From contig OY762069.1 in assembly GCA_963665095.1 (NCBI GenBank), positions 640,001 through 704,000 on the forward strand: a stretch of DNA of 64,000 nucleotides, written 5' to 3'. This document shows positions 58,604 through 64,000 of this stretch, in pieces; position 1 is the first letter of the stretch, and every line of letters starts with the position of its first letter. The translations under genes were made by a program, and so were the position numbers. This stretch comes from an uncultured Desulfobacter sp. (lineage in GTDB: Bacteria; Desulfobacterota; Desulfobacteria; Desulfobacterales; Desulfobacteraceae). The notes under the pieces are model-generated. The model saw nothing but the letters and a program-made list of their open reading frames with translations, did no database searches and was not told the DNA's origin.

Positions 58604-59746
58604 ATGAAGTTGAAGTTCAAATGGTTTGTTTTATTTCTGGCGGCAGCCGCGCTGATTCTGCCACTTATGGCAGCAACACCCGTTATGGCGGATCAATTGG
58701 CCGATGCCATTGCGGCCGTCCCGCAGGGCACAGGACCCGGTCAGATTGACCCTTCGGCTCCTGCTGGGATTTTCGGCATTCCTGGAGCACCTTCGCCGGG
58801 TCTTTTGCTCTGCTTCTGCTGGGCGATCTGGGTGGGCTGGATTTTTTCCACAGTGGGGGCGTTCGGCGGTATCATGGCCGGCGTGGGGCATATCTCCATT
58901 TATGGGATGGGACCTTATGCTAAAACCTTTAAAGACACCTCCCCCACGGTGAACAAGATGCTCACCGACAGTATCCGGGTCTCCAACCAGTGGCTGGTGG
59001 GACTGTCTGCCCTGGTGTCAAGTTTCAATTACGGCAAGCAGAAACGCCTGGTAACCTCTCTGGGGATTTTCATGGGTGCCGGTGCCCTGTTTGCCACCCT
59101 TCTGGTGGTGTTCACCACGGCCGGTAAGGTGAAGTTTTCCCAGTATCAGGGGTGGTTCGGTCTGTGCGTATTCCTGATTTTTGCCTTCATGGTCTACGAA
59201 ATGTCCCCCAAGGGCCAGGCTTCTAAAAAGTCCGCCAAAGCAGCAGCCAAAGCCTTTGAAGATACGGTGAAAAACAAGGGCCAGATTGAGGACCAGGGCG
59301 TTAAAACCCTGAAATGGAGTTTTGCCAAAACAGAAATTTCGTTTTTCGGACAGCAGTTTTCTTTCAGCCCTGTCTGGGCTTTTTTTGGCGGCTTCTGCAT
59401 CTCTGCTCTGGCCTCCTTCATCGGTGTGGGTGGCGGCTTCCTCTATGTACCGTTTTTAACGAGTGTGGTGGGGCTGCCCATGTTTGTTGTGGCTGGCACA
59501 TCTGCCGTGGCGGTACTCATCGGAATGATCTTTTCCATCTTCAACTTCATGGTGCTCAAAGGCGTTATGGTCTACTGGCCCATGATCGGTATTGAGTTGT
59601 TAGGGGTTTTTGTGGGGTCCATGATTGGTCCGAGAACCGGAAAGTACATTCCTGAAAAGGTATTGAAATGGATCTTTCTGATCCTGGCCTTCTACATTGG
59701 TATCCGGTACACCCTGAGAGGTTTTTTCGGTATTGCAATGCTCTAA
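58604..59746 (+). CDS. TauE/SafE family permease with N-terminal signal/extension
   Basis: FSTVGAFGGIMAGVGH, GVGGGFLYVPFL, VAGTSA; SD 'gaggagaagagg'. Confidence 0.9.
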   Translation: MKLKFKWFVLFLAAAALILPLMAATPVMADQLADAIAAVPQGTGPGQIDPSAPAGIFGIPGAPSPGLLLCFCWAIWVGWIFSTVGAFGGIMAGVGHISIYGMGPYAKTFKDTSPTVNKMLTDSIRVSNQWLVGLSALVSSFNYGKQKRLVTSLGIFMGAGALFATLLVVFTTAGKVKFSQYQGWFGLCVFLIFAFMVYEMSPKGQASKKSAKAAAKAFEDTVKNKGQIEDQGVKTLKWSFAKTEISFFGQQFSFSPVWAFFGGFCISALASFIGVGGGFLYVPFLTSVVGLPMFVVAGTSAVAVLIGMIFSIFNFMVLKGVMVYWPMIGIELLGVFVGSMIGPRTGKYIPEKVLKWIFLILAFYIGIRYTLRGFFGIAML

Positions 59747-59947
59747 TTAATAGTTTTTTTAGCGAAGAGTCTGCCGCTGCCGTGTTATATGAAAATCTGC
59801 AATTCTGACAACCGCGAGGGTGTTTAACGTTGCAGATTTTCATAGGCCTTGCATCCGGGCAGCTCTTGGTTCAAACCCGATGGTGGGTTGACGTACGGAT
59901 TGTGTCCCGTCACGCAGCCTGATGTTTTAAAAACAGGAGAAGAAAAA

Positions 59948-60499
59948 ATGGTCACCACCTTTAATCAGTTTTACTATGCCATTGACTCGTACATTATCTA
60001 TTTCTACCGGGTTACCGGCATTGGCATGGTGGATTATATGATAGGGACCTTTTGTCTTTCCATGATCGCCGTGATGCTGGGGGAGCTGACCATCTCCCTT
60101 GCGTTACGCTTCAATACAGCCTATCTGACCGGGTTGTCCAATCAGATGAAAGAAAAGGAAACGCTTTCCATTCAGGCCTATGAATCCGGTAACATGGCCG
60201 GATATAAAGCGCTGAACAAAGAGGCCACCGATGCCTGGGGCCGAAAATTTTTTGCCATGATGGCCCATACCGCCGCTATTTTATGGCCGGTTCCCTTTGC
60301 CTTGGGCTGGATGCAGACCCGTTTTGCCGGCATTGAGTTCCCTATTTTATTTCCCTTTTCCCTGGTCACGGATTCCGTGGGGTATACATTCTCTTTTTTC
60401 CCGATTTATGTCCTGGCACGGATTGTTTTCGGAAAGTTAAGACCTCATCTGCCCTATTTTTCTTCGGTCCACCGTCGGTTGACCCGGCTTTCCGCCTGA
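59948..60499 (+). CDS. Hypothetical membrane protein
   Basis: SD 'aggag', TM helices, YKALNKEA, LWPVPFALGWM. Confidence 0.8.
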   Translation: MVTTFNQFYYAIDSYIIYFYRVTGIGMVDYMIGTFCLSMIAVMLGELTISLALRFNTAYLTGLSNQMKEKETLSIQAYESGNMAGYKALNKEATDAWGRKFFAMMAHTAAILWPVPFALGWMQTRFAGIEFPILFPFSLVTDSVGYTFSFFPIYVLARIVFGKLRPHLPYFSSVHRRLTRLSA

Positions 60500-60621
60500 T
60501 TTTATTTTCCCAGAGGGGGCAGAAAAGAACCGGTTCCTGGTGTGTTCAGATGTTTTCCTGTTGAAACCAGCGGGTTCGGTTTCTATAATAGGTTTTTAAA
60601 AATCAAAGAGGCGATGCAGCT

Positions 60622-61098
60622 GTGAGATATGTTAAATTCTGGGTGGCACCGGTTCTGGCGCTGCCTTTTTTTCTTTTACCCGGGAATGCCTGGGCCCTTC
60701 AGCTCCATGCGGGATCAGAGGGAATTATCACCCACCAGATCGGGCACCTGTTTTTTCTTTTCTCCATGGTTGTCCTCATGTTCATCATCAGCGGCAAGGG
60801 ACTGGACAGCCAGAAAGGGTGGCGCCTGATCCAGATGGCTGCTTTTTTCTTCATCCTCTGGAACGGCTGCGCCATTACCGCCCACTTTCTGGACAACCAG
60901 ATCTATGCGGTCAGTGTAGAGCGCCTTTCCCATGCGGTTGCCAGAATCCGGGTTCAGAATAACTCAGGGCTTTTGGGCTGGCTGTATTACGGGCTCAAAC
61001 TGGATCACCTGCTCTGCGTACCGGCAATGACTCTATTGTACAAAGGGCTTTCCTGCCTGGTTGACGAACAAAAAAAAATTAAAGGGGACCGGCCGTGA
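60622..61098 (+). CDS. Hypothetical membrane protein with conserved-looking His residues
   Basis: Signal-like start; HQIGH, AHFLD, LDHLLCVPA; translationally coupled to the kinase gene. Confidence 0.78.
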   Translation: MRYVKFWVAPVLALPFFLLPGNAWALQLHAGSEGIITHQIGHLFFLFSMVVLMFIISGKGLDSQKGWRLIQMAAFFFILWNGCAITAHFLDNQIYAVSVERLSHAVARIRVQNNSGLLGWLYYGLKLDHLLCVPAMTLLYKGLSCLVDEQKKIKGDRP

Positions 61099-62594
61099 TT
61101 GCTCCGTACCTGCCCATTGTGGTGATAGATGTTCTGGGCTCCATGGCCATGGTGGTGTTGTCTCTGCTCTGCTGCTACAAGGCAAGAATCTTAAGGGAAA
61201 TAGATCCGGATAACGCCTTGTTTCTCTATCTGGCCTGGATTTCCACCGGATTTATGATCTTTGCCGTATCCCGGTCCTTCGGGCATATTTTAAGACAGTT
61301 TCTCCTTCTGACATCCCACACGGAAATATGGCAGATGATCAGCTCCTTTTCAGGCAGCGTGAATACGGTCTCTTTTATGCTGGTGAGCCTGATCACCCTG
61401 TTTTTCAATCAAAGCTGGAATATCAATGAAAAGATCCTCTCCTCCCGTGAAAAACTGGCAGCAGCCCACGGCCAACTGTTAAGCCTGAACCAGACCCTGG
61501 AACAAAAGGTGGTGGAGCGTACGGAAATGCTCACCAGCTCAGAGCACAAGGCAAGGCGTATTTTTGAGTACTCCCTGGATACCATCCTGGTCACCGACGC
61601 CCAGTTTAAAATTCAGGAGATCAACAATGCCGGTATCCATCTCACCGGGTATAAAAAAGAACAGATGCTGGCGCTGAATATGGGGCTGATGGATTTCATC
61701 GCCCGTTTTGCAGACTGGGAACAGATCTTAAGCCAGCTCAATACCAGTGAGTATGTCGTCAACGAAGAGACCGATATTTTGAAATCCGATCAGACAAAGG
61801 TCCGGGTGCTGATCACCGGCGGCGTGGATTACGGGGCATTTGGCTGTGCCAAAACCTTCCACTTTATTATCAAGGATATCAATGAGAAAAAACAGATGGA
61901 GCAGCAGATCGCCCAGGCTGACAAGCTCGCAGCCTTAGGCGAACTTTCTGCGGGTGTGGCCCATGAGATCAACAACCCTTTGGGAATCATCCTTGGATAC
62001 ACCCAGCTGATGCTCAAGGAGCCATCCGGGTTTGAAGAGGACCTCAAAGTGATTGAAAAGCATGTGAAAAACTGCCGGGAGGTCGTCAGTGACCTGCTCT
62101 CTTTCTCACGCAAAGGCTCCCGTGAAATGAGCACGGTAAATATCCATGACATGCTGGACGGGATGGTTAAATTTTTAAGTAACCATGCTGATTTCAGAAA
62201 GGTTCATATCCACCTTGCCTTGTGGGAAAAGGATACGCTTCTGATCAGGGGCAATACCCAGGAATTGACCCAGGTGGTTTTAAACCTGATGATCAATGCC
62301 TGTCATGCTGTCCATGACACCCCGTCCGGCATCATAGAGGTCAGCACCCGCAGGGTTGACGATTTCGCTGTTATTGAGGTTTCGGATAACGGCACCGGCA
62401 TTCAGGAGCAGCACCTGTTGCGCATCTTTGATCCGTTTTTCACTACAAAACCAGTGGGGCAGGGGACCGGGTTGGGACTTTCCGTGGGATATGGTATTAT
62501 CCGCCGGCACAACGGGGATATCACCGCAGTAAACAGGCCGGATCAGGGGGCTGTATTTACTGTGCGTCTGCCCCTGGAACCACAGGAGACATAA
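61095..62594 (+). CDS. Membrane PAS sensor histidine kinase (NtrB-like)
   Basis: TM helices, PAS, GVAHEINNPL, NLMINA, FDPFFTTK, GTGLGL. Confidence 0.95.
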   Translation: MIAPYLPIVVIDVLGSMAMVVLSLLCCYKARILREIDPDNALFLYLAWISTGFMIFAVSRSFGHILRQFLLLTSHTEIWQMISSFSGSVNTVSFMLVSLITLFFNQSWNINEKILSSREKLAAAHGQLLSLNQTLEQKVVERTEMLTSSEHKARRIFEYSLDTILVTDAQFKIQEINNAGIHLTGYKKEQMLALNMGLMDFIARFADWEQILSQLNTSEYVVNEETDILKSDQTKVRVLITGGVDYGAFGCAKTFHFIIKDINEKKQMEQQIAQADKLAALGELSAGVAHEINNPLGIILGYTQLMLKEPSGFEEDLKVIEKHVKNCREVVSDLLSFSRKGSREMSTVNIHDMLDGMVKFLSNHADFRKVHIHLALWEKDTLLIRGNTQELTQVVLNLMINACHAVHDTPSGIIEVSTRRVDDFAVIEVSDNGTGIQEQHLLRIFDPFFTTKPVGQGTGLGLSVGYGIIRRHNGDITAVNRPDQGAVFTVRLPLEPQET

Positions 62595-62605
62595 AGGGGC
62601 ATACG

Positions 62606-64000
62606 ATGACATCGCATATTTTAGTGGTTGATGATGAAAAAGACATGACCCGCCTGCTTCAGAGGTCTTTGGAGCCCGAACTGGACTGCCGGGTCACCAT
62701 GGCATTTTCAGGTGAAATGGCGCTAAATGTGCTCGGACAGTCAGATGCGCCCTTTGATCTTGTTATCAGCGATATCCGCATGCCCGGGATGGACGGATTT
62801 GAGCTTCTTGAGCACCTGAAAAAACAATACCCGGATCTCACTGTTGTGATGCTGACGGCCTACGGAAATATTGAGTCAGCCGTTGCCGCCATAAAAAAGG
62901 GGGCATACGATTACATTTCCAAACCCTTTGAGCAGAATGAAATCTTATACAAAATCCAGAAGGCCTTGGAGCGCAGCCGGCTGATTTCCGAAAACCGACG
63001 GCTCCAGAAGGCCTGCCAGTCCTCATCCCTTCCCCTGATCGGCCAGAGCCCGGCCATGCAGAAGGTGTTTGAGAAAATTTCCCTTGTGGCGGATTCTGAT
63101 GTAACCGTCTTAATTACCGGTGAGTCCGGTACCGGCAAAGACCTCACCGCAAGATCCATTCACGCATTAAGCCCTAGAAGAAACAAACCTTATATTCCTG
63201 TCAACTGCCCCACCATCCCGGAGCATATCCTTGAAAGCGAGCTTTTCGGCTATAAAAAGGGGGCGTTCACCAATGCCTACCGGGATAAGACCGGACTTTT
63301 CCAGGAGGCCAACCAGGGCACCATCTTTTTAGATGAGATCGGGGATGTAGGGCCCACCATTCAGACCAAGCTGCTCAGGGTGATCCAGGAAAAAGAGGTC
63401 AAGCCCTTAGGCGATACCCGGGTGGACCATGTGGATGTCCGAATTATTGCCTCCACCAACCAGGATCTGCGCCAGAAAATTGCCGACAAGGAGTTCCGGG
63501 AGGATTTTTTTTACCGGCTCTCTGTGATCACCATTGAACTGCCCCCTTTGCGGGACCGGGTTACGGATATCCCGCTGTTGTGCGAACACCTTCTGTCCAA
63601 ACACTGCGAAAAACTGAACAAGCCAGCCAAACATCTGTCTGAAAACGTTCTGGACCTTTTGATGAAACAGCCCTGGCAGGGCAATGTAAGGGAGCTTGAA
63701 AATGTGCTTGTCCAGGGAATACTTTATGCTGAAGGCCAGACCATTGGCCTGACCGATATCCCTGTCAAAAAAGAGCGTGAGACCGAGTGTTTCAGCATGG
63801 ATTTTAATAAAGAACTTGGCAAGCTGACCTATAAGGAGGCCAAGGAGGATATCCTCACCCGTTTCAACCACAGCTATATCGGGGCCATGCTATCCATGAC
63901 CCAGGGAAATATCACCCAGGCAGCCAGGCGCTGTGCCATGGACCGCCAGGCCCTTCAGCAGATCATGAAGCGGTATGCCATTGATCCGGACCAGTTCCGG
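62606..64000 (+). CDS. NtrC-family sigma54 response regulator (3'-truncated by window; not in the ORF track)
   Basis: ATG at 62606: MTSHILVVDDEK, SDIRMPGMDG, GESGTGKD, GAFTNA, FLDEIG, WQGNVRELEN; HTH region runs to the window end. Confidence 0.95.
   Translation, partial: MTSHILVVDDEKDMTRLLQRSLEPELDCRVTMAFSGEMALNVLGQSDAPFDLVISDIRMPGMDGFELLEHLKKQYPDLTVVMLTAYGNIESAVAAIKKGAYDYISKPFEQNEILYKIQKALERSRLISENRRLQKACQSSSLPLIGQSPAMQKVFEKISLVADSDVTVLITGESGTGKDLTARSIHALSPRRNKPYIPVNCPTIPEHILESELFGYKKGAFTNAYRDKTGLFQEANQGTIFLDEIGDVGPTIQTKLLRVIQEKEVKPLGDTRVDHVDVRIIASTNQDLRQKIADKEFREDFFYRLSVITIELPPLRDRVTDIPLLCEHLLSKHCEKLNKPAKHLSENVLDLLMKQPWQGNVRELENVLVQGILYAEGQTIGLTDIPVKKERETECFSMDFNKELGKLTYKEAKEDILTRFNHSYIGAMLSMTQGNITQAARRCAMDRQALQQIMKRYAIDPDQFR

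Noticed and set aside
598..63871. Numerous antisense or alternate-frame ORFs in the track that overlap confident genes
   Set aside because: Shadow ORFs without motifs, fully overlapping well-supported coding sequences
1..64000. CRISPR arrays, tRNA/rRNA genes, transposases, integrases
   Set aside because: No regularly spaced repeats, RNA gene signatures or recombinase motifs were recognised by eye

Overview
Bacterial window whose gene content and style suggest a sulfate-reducing deltaproteobacterium (Desulfobacteraceae-like; inference). The main feature is an AT-richer RiPP-type cluster at about 24.4-37.6 kb. It encodes a lasso-type leader peptidase (B2), a stand-alone RRE/PqqD protein and an unannotated 27-aa precursor, MKKEYVAPMFFKHAPLESVSTTYYYYY (25300-25383), whose lasso-type leader is followed by a poly-Tyr core that cannot form a lasso ring. 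It also encodes two HPr-kinase-like enzymes, a Kdo/WaaP-type kinase, two nucleotidyltransferase domains, a B12-radical SAM protein with two CxxxCxxC motifs, a SPASM radical SAM protein, an ABC exporter and an AsnB-type amidotransferase. Other highlights are a probable selenoprotein (CCG-domain Fe-S oxidoreductase with E-UGA-G-H at 54758), a flippase / mono-modular NRPS (Tyr-like code) / glycosyltransferase operon, and an ORF-less group II intron interrupted at domain V by a second intron fragment. Several genes are damaged by internal deletions (cobQ, a DUF39-ferredoxin fusion). The rest is sigma54-controlled acyl-CoA metabolism (abfD-like gene, beta-oxidation operon), transporters, and two-component and c-di-GMP signalling genes. 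All calls come from motif recognition by eye; no database searches were run.
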